Source: Candidatus Levybacteria bacterium RIFCSPHIGHO2_01_FULL_40_16 (GTDB taxonomy: Bacteria > Patescibacteriota > Microgenomatia > Levybacterales > UBA12049). From it: a stretch of 53,788 nucleotides of DNA. A model generated the notes under the pieces. It ran no database searches and was not told the origin of the DNA. It worked only from the letters and a program-made list of their open reading frames with translations. This document shows positions 18,901 to 26,340 of the stretch, piece after piece. A program made the position numbers and the translations under genes. How positions within the stretch are numbered: position 1 is the stretch's first letter; every line of letters starts with the position of its first letter. Location of the stretch: assembly GCA_001783805.1 (NCBI GenBank), contig MFNS01000002.1, forward strand, positions 1 to 53,788. The letters run 5' to 3'.

Positions 18901-18971
18901 TCCAGTACTCATAGACAAACTCTAATCCTGATAGTATACTAAAAACTGCAATCAAATACAATAATAAATCT

Positions 18972-19376
18972 GTGCTAGTTCAAAACTCAAATATCAAAAA
19001 TCAAAGCCAAAATAAAAGTCCAAAGCTGGAAGTAAAATATCGCGCGTTCTATCTATCCATAAACATTATTAAGTTTTTAGAAAAACTTTCGTATAAGGTT
19101 TCTCTTAAAATTATTAGCGATCAGTTAATCAGATGCATTACTTCCGTAGGCGCTAATATCGTCGAAGCAAAAGCATCTTCTTCTAAAAGAGAGTTTCTTA
19201 ATTACTTTCAAATATCTTTAAAAAGCGCTAATGAGGCTAAATATTGGCTGGCAATGCTAAGAGAGCTACTACCCGAAGAAGGAAAAAATATAAATGTTTT
19301 TATTCAAGAATTGGACGAAATATCTAGAATAATTGGAACAAGCGTTTTAACAATGAAAGGAAAAAGAAGTCTCTAG
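18972..19376 (+). CDS. Four-helix-bundle protein (23S rRNA IVS-protein/Avd-like family)
   Basis: DQLIRCITSVGANIVEA...SKREFLNYFQISLKSANEAKYWL. Confidence 0.9.
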   Translation: MLVQNSNIKNQSQNKSPKLEVKYRAFYLSINIIKFLEKLSYKVSLKIISDQLIRCITSVGANIVEAKASSSKREFLNYFQISLKSANEAKYWLAMLRELLPEEGKNINVFIQELDEISRIIGTSVLTMKGKRSL

Positions 19377-19432
19377 GTTTTTAACTTTGAAATAGTCTTT
19401 GATATTTGAACTTTGATCTTTGATCTAATATT

Positions 19433-20038
19433 ATGATTCTTTCCGCAATTATTACCCTAACCATTTTGCTTTTCTCCGCTATTCTCCACGAAATCGCCCA
19501 CGGTTATGTTGCGGAACGCCTTGGCGACCCGACAGCCCGCCTGATGGGGCGACTAACCCTGAACCCAAAAAATCACATCGATCCGATGATGAGTATTGCC
19601 TTACCTTTAATACTATTAATTACGGGATCTCCGATTATTATCGGTGCAGCTAAACCTGTTCCGGTTGATCCTTTTAATTTGCGCGACGGCAGAAAAGATA
19701 TGGCATTGGTTTCCCTCGCCGGACCTTTGACAAACGTCGCTTTGGCCATCGCTGCCAGCTTAATCTTAAAATTTATTCCATATTCCATTTTCTACGATTT
19801 ACTTGCGGCCATTACACATTTAAATCTCCTGCTGGCAATTTTCAACTTATTACCGATTCCCCCTTTGGACGGATCCAAAATCTTTGCCCTGCTTCTCCCG
19901 GAAAAACTGGCTAATGCATATCTGTCTTTGGGGTCAATTGGAATTTTTATTATCTTTTTCCTACTGATGATCTCCAGCACGCTGGGAAACCTGATCTTCA
20001 ATCTCCTCACTTTCTCGGAAAAACTCCTAGGATTGTAA
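19433..20038 (+). CDS. Site-2 protease (peptidase M50)
   Basis: HEIAH, GRLTLNP, AGPLTN and NLLPIPPLDG. Confidence 0.93.
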   Translation: MILSAIITLTILLFSAILHEIAHGYVAERLGDPTARLMGRLTLNPKNHIDPMMSIALPLILLITGSPIIIGAAKPVPVDPFNLRDGRKDMALVSLAGPLTNVALAIAASLILKFIPYSIFYDLLAAITHLNLLLAIFNLLPIPPLDGSKIFALLLPEKLANAYLSLGSIGIFIIFFLLMISSTLGNLIFNLLTFSEKLLGL

Positions 20039-20041
20039 AAT

Positions 20042-20149
20042 AATTTTCAATTTGAAATTTAAAATTTTAAATCAAATCTAAATGTTTTAATTTTAAAAAT
20101 TTAAAATATTGAAAATTCAATGAAAATTAAAAATTGAAAATTTAAAATT
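20042..20149. repeat. Intergenic palindromic heptamer element (second copy of the 14132 family)
   Basis: Shares AATTTTCAATTT (12/12) and ATTGAAAATTyAATGAAAATT (20/21) with 14132-14240. Confidence 0.75.
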
Positions 20150-20195
20150 ATATATCTATTGACTTCCCCCCCCAACTTTGTCATATTTAATTAAG

Positions 20196-21755
20196 ATGAA
20201 CTTTCTCAGAAAGTTTCGTGATTTTATTTTATCTCCTTCGCGCTCAAGAACAATGGGACTTCTGGCTGTGCTGGTGCTTGTCTCCGCAGTTTCCCTGACC
20301 GTAATTGTCGCCCAACAACAACAAACTCTCAAACAAAGGGCAGCCTCCGCTTGTTATGATGCCTCTGATTGTGAAACAGGTTATTTTTGTAACAACGGCA
20401 AATGCCAGCCCGTAACCGGAGACGCCTGCACCGCAAATGGAGGAAATTGTATTCCGATGGGGCCATGTGTTCCACCCTCTGTCCAAGATGCAAGTTACAG
20501 CTGCGGTAACAATCCGAACGGATCTGTTTGCTGTACAACCCCCTCTTTTAATTGCGTTGATAAAGATTGTTTTAGCAGTCAAACCTGCATCGGAAGTCTT
20601 TATGACGATTCAACATACTGTCTTAGTAAGGGAGTTGGCATAATCGGATCTTATTGCGGAAAACCCGACAAAACCCCAAACAATGAAGCTTGTGCTTCAG
20701 GATATTGCAATCCTACTACCCTACTTTGCTCCGCTGGCTGTACGGATACAGGAAGTACCTGCACTGATAGCATAGAAACATGGACGGACTTCTGTAATGG
20801 TAATACTGCTAATGATTATTTTTGCGGAAGTAATGGGCAATGTAATCAGAGAGCTTCGAATTGCCCTCCTCCGACAATCTGCATAGTAGATGCTGATGGT
20901 GCCGGTTGTGTTAACCCGGGTGCTCCGACGGCTCCACCCTCAGACTGTACGGAATCGGGAAATACTTGCACCGATAGCAGTGGGAGCTATACAGACAGCT
21001 GTGGCCCTACTGATGCTAACGGGACTGCTGCTCGTAATTATACTTGCGCTAATGGATATTGCAACCAATCCGCTTGGTATTGCCCCCCTCCAACAATCTG
21101 CATAGTAGATGCTGATGGCGCCGGTTGCGTTAGTCCAAATGCCCCAACCTCCACCCCAATTCCGGGAGCTCCCACCTTCACCCCCACTCCGACTCCAGTT
21201 GCAGGAGCTCCGACCTCAACTCCAACTCCTACCCCAACCCCAACCCCAATCAATTTTGTCACTCTGGTGTTGACTTTGAATGATCAGGATGTGGCATCAG
21301 CTTCGGGTGATATCTTTGCAGATCTTATTCTTTACAGTCTTAAGGACAATTCAAAAGTGCCCGGCGCGCCTGCAAAACAATTATTTACCAAGACTTTTAT
21401 TCCAGGAAAAAAATATTCGGCGAATATAACTCTTGCGAATTTACATCAGGACAAATATTTCTTGGTTGTACGGAAAAACAACATGATAGCAAAAGCTTTC
21501 TTCACTGTTTCAGCCCCGAATGAAACAATTCCCGTCCCCACGAAAACCCTTGTTTTCGGAGATATCAATAGCGATAACGATATAAATATTTCAGACTATT
21601 ATAATGATAATGCGTTTAGAGGCTGCTGGCGAAAATCAACTACTGCAGATCCTTCTTGTGCGTCATCGGATTTCGATAATAGCGGGACTGTTGAGCAGAT
21701 TGATTACAATACTTTTCTTCGAGGATTCTCAACTTGGAGTAAAGAAGGAAAATAA
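20196..21755 (+). CDS. Membrane-anchored Cys-rich surface protein with a PT linker and C-terminal dockerin-like domain
   Basis: TM helix followed by QQQQTLKQRAA, many Cys, two internal repeats, a (PT)n linker and GDINSDNDINISD...DFDNSGTVEQID Ca-binding loops. Confidence 0.75.
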   Translation: MNFLRKFRDFILSPSRSRTMGLLAVLVLVSAVSLTVIVAQQQQTLKQRAASACYDASDCETGYFCNNGKCQPVTGDACTANGGNCIPMGPCVPPSVQDASYSCGNNPNGSVCCTTPSFNCVDKDCFSSQTCIGSLYDDSTYCLSKGVGIIGSYCGKPDKTPNNEACASGYCNPTTLLCSAGCTDTGSTCTDSIETWTDFCNGNTANDYFCGSNGQCNQRASNCPPPTICIVDADGAGCVNPGAPTAPPSDCTESGNTCTDSSGSYTDSCGPTDANGTAARNYTCANGYCNQSAWYCPPPTICIVDADGAGCVSPNAPTSTPIPGAPTFTPTPTPVAGAPTSTPTPTPTPTPINFVTLVLTLNDQDVASASGDIFADLILYSLKDNSKVPGAPAKQLFTKTFIPGKKYSANITLANLHQDKYFLVVRKNNMIAKAFFTVSAPNETIPVPTKTLVFGDINSDNDINISDYYNDNAFRGCWRKSTTADPSCASSDFDNSGTVEQIDYNTFLRGFSTWSKEGK

Positions 21756-21769
21756 TGTATAATTAACCT

Positions 21770-22363
21770 ATGCCTAAGAGAACGCTTTTCCTAATATTTG
21801 CACTTTTCTTAATTACCTTTGCGCTTTTGCTGATAGCGCTTTATCAGCCACAAGCTCCCAAAACTACAACAACAATAGCTCCCAAAGAGCCTGTTGCTCA
21901 AACTGTCCTTTCCTTCGGAAATCTTTCTCTTGCAAGCCCCTCATCGGTTTTACGCCAGCCGGCGGATTTAAATTACTCTCTTCCAATAAGTATTTCAACC
22001 GGAAAAAATAAGGTAACTGCAGTACAGTTGGAATTACAATATGATCCACAGATTCTAACAAACGTAGCTGTTGTTCCCGGGCCTTTTTTCGCAAATCCGG
22101 AAGTGCTTTTAAACCAAATTGATACCAAAACCGGAAGAATATCTTATGCTTTTGGCGTCGGACTTACGGGTTCAGGGGTTGCCGGAAAAGGAACCGTGGC
22201 TAACCTTATTTTCACAGCAATAAAAACACCGAAGAAAACAGCAATCATCTTCCTGCCAAAAACCCTAGTCACAGCTGAAGGAGTAAGCGAATCTGTATTG
22301 AAACAAACTAATGTAGGCCAAATTATTATCGGAAATAACAATTCTACTTCCAGCGCACAATAA
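21770..22363 (+). CDS. Membrane-anchored cohesin-domain protein
   Basis: N-terminal TM helix; VTAVQLELQYDP...TGRISYA...GKGTVANLIF beta-sandwich pattern. Confidence 0.75.
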   Translation: MPKRTLFLIFALFLITFALLLIALYQPQAPKTTTTIAPKEPVAQTVLSFGNLSLASPSSVLRQPADLNYSLPISISTGKNKVTAVQLELQYDPQILTNVAVVPGPFFANPEVLLNQIDTKTGRISYAFGVGLTGSGVAGKGTVANLIFTAIKTPKKTAIIFLPKTLVTAEGVSESVLKQTNVGQIIIGNNNSTSSAQ

Positions 22364-22373
22364 AACCTTACCA

Positions 22374-22402
22374 TTGACATCTGCTTTTTTCTTTCCTATA
22401 CT
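22374..22402 (+). promoter_or_regulatory. sigma70 promoter P1
   Basis: TTGACA-17 bp-TATACT. Confidence 0.8.
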
Positions 22403-22408
22403 AAAACT

Positions 22409-22584
22409 GCTCTTTGGTATTAGAGGTTGATTTAGATTTTTCTCGACAATTTCAAATCTCTTGAGGTACCTCTCACCAGACTGGTGAGGGAGACAAAGGC
22501 TTTTTCCTTTGCACCGTGGTGCAAAAGATCGCCTTCCTGATTAAAACTTGGGAGAAATGATAATCATCTTCGGTACAAAAGAGC
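22409..22584 (+). ncRNA. Candidate structured non-coding RNA or leader
   Basis: Begins at the expected TSS of P1, its ends are complementary (10/11), it has several perfect internal hairpins, and there is no ORF in the track. Confidence 0.4.
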
Positions 22585-22665
22585 GGATTTATTCTTCAAA
22601 GAAGAATTCAATGCCTAACCGCATTAATTCTCTAATTTAAATAAAATTCTGCTTTGCAGAGCTCC

Positions 22666-22694
22666 TTGTCCTATTTCTCTTTGTTTGGTAAAAT
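22666..22694 (+). promoter_or_regulatory. sigma70 promoter P2 for the tRNA cluster
   Basis: TTGTCC-17 bp-TAAAAT with an extended -10 TG. Confidence 0.65.
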
Positions 22695-22711
22695 GTCTTA
22701 AGCTCTTTTTT

Positions 22712-22949
22712 GCCTCCCTAGCTCAATGGCAGAGCGTATGTTTTGTCCCAGTAAAATCTTGTCAATTCTGGTAAAATTGACTTAGATTTACGGGATCCCG
22801 TAAAATCGGCTTGCCGAGATGGCTCAGTGGTAGAGCAGCTGTTTTGTAAACAGCAGGTCCCGGGTTCGAATCCCGGTCTCGGCTCACAAGACAAGCTCGA
22901 TTTTTACTGGGATAAACATATGACAACAGTTCGATTCTGTTGGGAGGCT
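22712..22949 (+). tRNA. Split/interrupted tRNA-Thr(UGU): exons about 22712-22746 and 22914-22949 with a 167-nt insert
   Basis: Acceptor GCCTCCC/GGGAGGC, D stem GCTC/GAGC, anticodon stem TATGT/ACATA and T stem AACAG/CTGTT with loop TTCGATT. The joined anticodon loop is TT-TGT-AA. Confidence 0.7.
22813..22884 (+). tRNA. tRNA-Thr(UGU), intact, nested in the insert of the outer tRNA
   Basis: GCCGAGA/TCTCGGC, GCTC/GAGC, GCTGT-TTTGTAA-ACAGC and CCGGG-TTCGAAT-CCCGG. Confidence 0.96.
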
Positions 22950-22970
22950 CAGGCAATATAATCAAATCCT

Positions 22971-23054
22971 GCTGGGTTCGCATAGCGGCAATTGCATGTG
23001 GCTGTAGACCACACGGTCGCAAGGCCTACGGGGGTTCGAGTCCCTCACCCAGCA
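22971..23054 (+). tRNA. tRNA-Tyr(GUA)
   Basis: GCTGGGT/ACCCAGC, TGTGG-CTGTAGA-CCACA, a long variable arm and T loop TTCGAGT. Confidence 0.96.
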
Positions 23055-23177
23055 CCCAATTCATTTGCGCTTATCAACAAACTAAGATAACGCAAAATCG
23101 TTGGCTCTGGAGTTCCGATTTTGCGAAACCCTAGGGGGAAAATCGTTGGGAAAAAACCGTAGGTTTTGTTCCATTTG

Positions 23178-23249
23178 GCCGACATAGTTTAGTGGTAAAA
23201 CGACTCATTGGTAATGAGTTGAGTGTGGGTCCGATTCCCACTGTCGGCT
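23178..23249 (+). tRNA. tRNA-Thr(GGU)
   Basis: GCCGACA/TGTCGGC, ACTCA-TTGGTAA-TGAGT; T loop is TCCGATT (C55). Confidence 0.92.
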
Positions 23250-23305
23250 CACAACGACCCGCCGTCGCTAAAAGCTTTGGCGGGCGCAGGAAGGAGGAAA
23301 ATATT

Positions 23306-23482
23306 ATGGCGAGTAAAGGTGAACAACGGGTTAAAATCGCACTTATTTGCACTGTTTGTAAAAACAGAAATTATATCACAACCCGCAACAAAGTTAATAC
23401 GCCGGAGAAGGTGAAGTTGAAAAAATATTGCAAACATTGCAAAAAAGTCAACGAACACAAAGAAACGGAGAAAATGAAATAA
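23306..23482 (+). CDS. rpmG: 50S ribosomal protein L33 (zinc-binding type)
   Basis: [14 protein letters not shown]...[15 protein letters not shown]; SD AAGGAGG upstream of the ATG at 23306. Confidence 0.96.
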   Translation: MASKGEQRVKIALICTVCKNRNYITTRNKVNTPEKVKLKKYCKHCKKVNEHKETEKMK

Positions 23483-23508
23483 CTTTGATATAATTAAACT
23501 GTCTCATT

Positions 23509-23579
23509 AGGGCTATGGTGAAATGGTATCACGGCAGTCTCCAAAACTGCTTTTCCAGGTTCGAGTCCTGGTGGCCCTG
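23509..23579 (+). tRNA. tRNA-Trp(CCA)
   Basis: AGGGCTA/TGGCCCT, GCAGT-CTCCAAA-ACTGC and CCAGG-TTCGAGT-CCTGG. Confidence 0.95.
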
Positions 23580-24347
23580 CTAACCCAGAATGTCTTTGCC
23601 TTTTCCCCATCCCGGTATTGAATCGGACTCTAGCCAGCCTGCATACGACCTGGCATTTCTGAACTGATCTTTCCTAAATCTGCTTTGCGTTAAATTATTT
23701 TTATGCCGAATATCTACATTCGGAAATTCCGACCGGTAATCTTCACATCCCAAACCATCAATTCTCTCCGGCCGGTTATGTGTTCCCGGTTCAAATCCTA
23801 ATCTGTGAATACCTTCTTTTAAAGAAATTGTATTCCCGCTGGTTGCTTTAACATGGCCCGTATTGCCGGCCTCTTTTAATAACGCTTCTATTCTTTCTTT
23901 TCTTTTTCGAAAATGCGCCAGGGCAGTTTCCCGGTAGCAAGACATCCCACTTAAAGACCGGTGATCGTAATATAAGCAATGCCCATCTTTTGCCCTAAGC
24001 ATCCAGGAATTCGTGTTGTAATAATAAACATCCTTTTTGGTTGGCGTAAAGTTAAAGTGAGATGGATGATACAAAACATCGTGTTCGCAGAAAAAAACTA
24101 TATCCGCGGCACTTTCTTCCAATCCCTTAATTATCTGCTTGGTTACGGTCAGATAGCCTCTTTCTCCATCCACTATGTAATTTTTCCCGAAATCAATTGG
24201 TTTAAGCGAGACGGAAATGATGGGAATACCCAAGTCTTCAGCTTTTAAAAGCTGCTCCTGGCATTTCTTCATGATTTTTTCATCCAACCGGTTATCCGTG
24301 TAATAAATAATGCTCTTGGTGGGGATAAAAATTGCCAGATCAATCAT
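23580..24347 (-). CDS. Putative GT-A-fold glycosyltransferase
   Basis: YYTDN...FFCEHDVLYHPSHF; paralogous to 34607-35287 and to the C-terminal half of 36395-38068. Confidence 0.65.
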   Translation of the reverse strand: MIDLAIFIPTKSIIYYTDNRLDEKIMKKCQEQLLKAEDLGIPIISVSLKPIDFGKNYIVDGERGYLTVTKQIIKGLEESAADIVFFCEHDVLYHPSHFNFTPTKKDVYYYNTNSWMLRAKDGHCLYYDHRSLSGMSCYRETALAHFRKRKERIEALLKEAGNTGHVKATSGNTISLKEGIHRLGFEPGTHNRPERIDGLGCEDYRSEFPNVDIRHKNNLTQSRFRKDQFRNARSYAGWLESDSIPGWGKGKDILG

Positions 24348-25681
24348 TTTGTTCCTTTTGCGTAAAACCAGGTGGGGCCGGCATCTTTATTAAAGATAAA
24401 CAAAGGCCGGATTTTTTTCTTCTTCACCCATTCGCTAACCGCCTTTTTAACTCCGTTGGGCTGCCCGGACAATTCGTTATTATAATTATAGCCCGCTATA
24501 ATCCCGCCTTTGCGCACTTTTTTTGACCACTCCTTAATATTATCTCCTGTACTTTTATAGTCAGCCCCTGCGTCAATAAAAACAAAATCCAGTGAATTAT
24601 CGGCAAACTTTTTAGCTGCATTTGCCGATGTATCCCTGATAATTTTACAATTAAATGACTCAAGTCTCGCTTTGGCTCTATTATACAGGTCGTCGTTAGA
24701 TTCCCATGCATCAATTGCAAATAATTTTAGATTGGGATTCATAGCGCAGAGGAATTTAGCATACTTGCCTGCTCCAACCCCTATTTCAGCACCCAGATTA
24801 AACCCCAATTCCCTGAATAATACCGACAAGCTGCCCTCTCTGCTGCGATACAGCTTATGCCGCGACTGATTTTTCTTTAATTGATATTTATTTAAGATAT
24901 ACTTTGACGTCGTCATATTATCCACTACATTATATGCTTCCGACTTATGTTTTTCAAACCATTCATATCGGTTGCCCCTTGTTTTGTCGGGAAGCTGATG
25001 CTTCTTATTCTTCCACCGCATTATAGCAAAGGTAGTGGGGAGAGGAACGCCAATGAAATAACGTGAGAAATTTTTTGTATCTCTGTCTTCAAGATATTTT
25101 CTTCCGAAATAGCGATAATGCAACATTTTTACCCCTATCTCTTCTCCTTTTTTGAATGAAGTATTTCCTTGCAGTTCTGCAATACTATGGCAGCCATTTC
25201 TAAAACGTATATAAATTGCAGGATCAAATAAAACACACTGGGTTGCCCAATAATCAGGGAGTCCATTTTTTACTTCATCATAAATCTGCCCGGTGGTGGT
25301 TGGTAATGTTTCAGAAAACATTGTGAATCCCTGAGGTTGTATCAGCTGTGTCCCAAGTTTTTTCTCGCGTTTTAATACTTCCATTAAATTAGGGTGATAA
25401 AGAAACTCATCCGCGTCAACCAATACCACCCAATCAGCTTTACCGCGGCTAAGTTCCTCATACTTCGTCCACAATTTACTAATCCAATATCCCTCATTTA
25501 ATCCATGTTCTTTTAAATCAAAGATTGTAACTTTTGGATGCTGACTTAATATCTTTCTGCTATTATCCGGACTTTCATCGTAAAAAGCATATATGTTTTG
25601 GGCAAAACTTCCATAATGCTTCAGGAAATAAGGCAAAAGAAATTCCTCATTGTAAACCATGACATAAACATCAATTTTCAT
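24344..25681 (-). CDS. GT2-like glycosyltransferase fused to a class I methyltransferase domain
   Basis: N-terminal VMVYNEEFLL...VDADEFL; C-terminal AEIGVGAG...LDFVFID...KVRKGG. Confidence 0.82.
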   Translation of the reverse strand: MKIDVYVMVYNEEFLLPYFLKHYGSFAQNIYAFYDESPDNSRKILSQHPKVTIFDLKEHGLNEGYWISKLWTKYEELSRGKADWVVLVDADEFLYHPNLMEVLKREKKLGTQLIQPQGFTMFSETLPTTTGQIYDEVKNGLPDYWATQCVLFDPAIYIRFRNGCHSIAELQGNTSFKKGEEIGVKMLHYRYFGRKYLEDRDTKNFSRYFIGVPLPTTFAIMRWKNKKHQLPDKTRGNRYEWFEKHKSEAYNVVDNMTTSKYILNKYQLKKNQSRHKLYRSREGSLSVLFRELGFNLGAEIGVGAGKYAKFLCAMNPNLKLFAIDAWESNDDLYNRAKARLESFNCKIIRDTSANAAKKFADNSLDFVFIDAGADYKSTGDNIKEWSKKVRKGGIIAGYNYNNELSGQPNGVKKAVSEWVKKKKIRPLFIFNKDAGPTWFYAKGTK

Positions 25682-25682
25682 A

Positions 25683-26336
25683 TCAGGTTTTTACATAAAA
25701 CCAACTTCTGCAATTAACCTTAGTCAAGACAAATAAAGGGTTTATATTATTTGCTTTTACCCAGTCATTTACTGCCGCTTTAACATCATAGATTTCCTTG
25801 TAATAATCTTTTTTTCCATCGAAATTAGGGTCCATATAATCATGCCCGCCAATAATTCCACCCATCCTAACCTTTTTTGACCATTCTTTAATATCGTTAT
25901 AAACATTTTTGTAATCGTGAGCAGCATCGATGTAGACAAAATCCAGACTCTCATCGGCAAATCTTTTTACCGCATTCATTGACCAATCCCTAATAATTTG
26001 GCAGTTCAGGCCGGTAAGATTTCCTCTGGCTATTTCATATAATTTATCCATATCTTTTTGAGTTTTATCTTTAGTGCACCCTCCGAATAATTCCCAGGCA
26101 TCTACGGAGTATAGCTTGAAATTAGGACAGTAATGGCACAGGTGCCTTGAAAAATAGCCTGATGCTACGCCAATTTCAGCCCCGACTTTAAAATTTAAAT
26201 TATTTATTAACCTTGGAAAAGCACCTTCGCGGCTTCGCACAACTTCAATCGGAGACTTTGCAGCTTTATTCAGCACCGAATCGGTGCTGGATTTATCTAT
26301 TCTAAATCTTCCGTAAATATATTCTAATGTGTCCAT
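25683..26336 (-). CDS. Class I SAM methyltransferase (Methyltransf_24-like)
   Basis: GAEIGVASG, LDFVYIDAAHDY and GGIIGGHDY. Confidence 0.88.
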   Translation of the reverse strand: MDTLEYIYGRFRIDKSSTDSVLNKAAKSPIEVVRSREGAFPRLINNLNFKVGAEIGVASGYFSRHLCHYCPNFKLYSVDAWELFGGCTKDKTQKDMDKLYEIARGNLTGLNCQIIRDWSMNAVKRFADESLDFVYIDAAHDYKNVYNDIKEWSKKVRMGGIIGGHDYMDPNFDGKKDYYKEIYDVKAAVNDWVKANNINPLFVLTKVNCRSWFYVKT

Positions 26337-26340
26337 ATCA

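Noticed and set aside
18972-19376. Diversity-generating retroelement (Avd-like gene)
   Set aside because: No reverse transcriptase and no template/variable repeat pair with adenine-specific differences is seen in the window. The 20862/21081 repeat differences are synonymous and not A-specific.
22747-22913. Group I intron in the outer tRNA-Thr
   Set aside because: The insert does not end in G, is largely occupied by a tRNA, and shows no recognisable P7/catalytic core.
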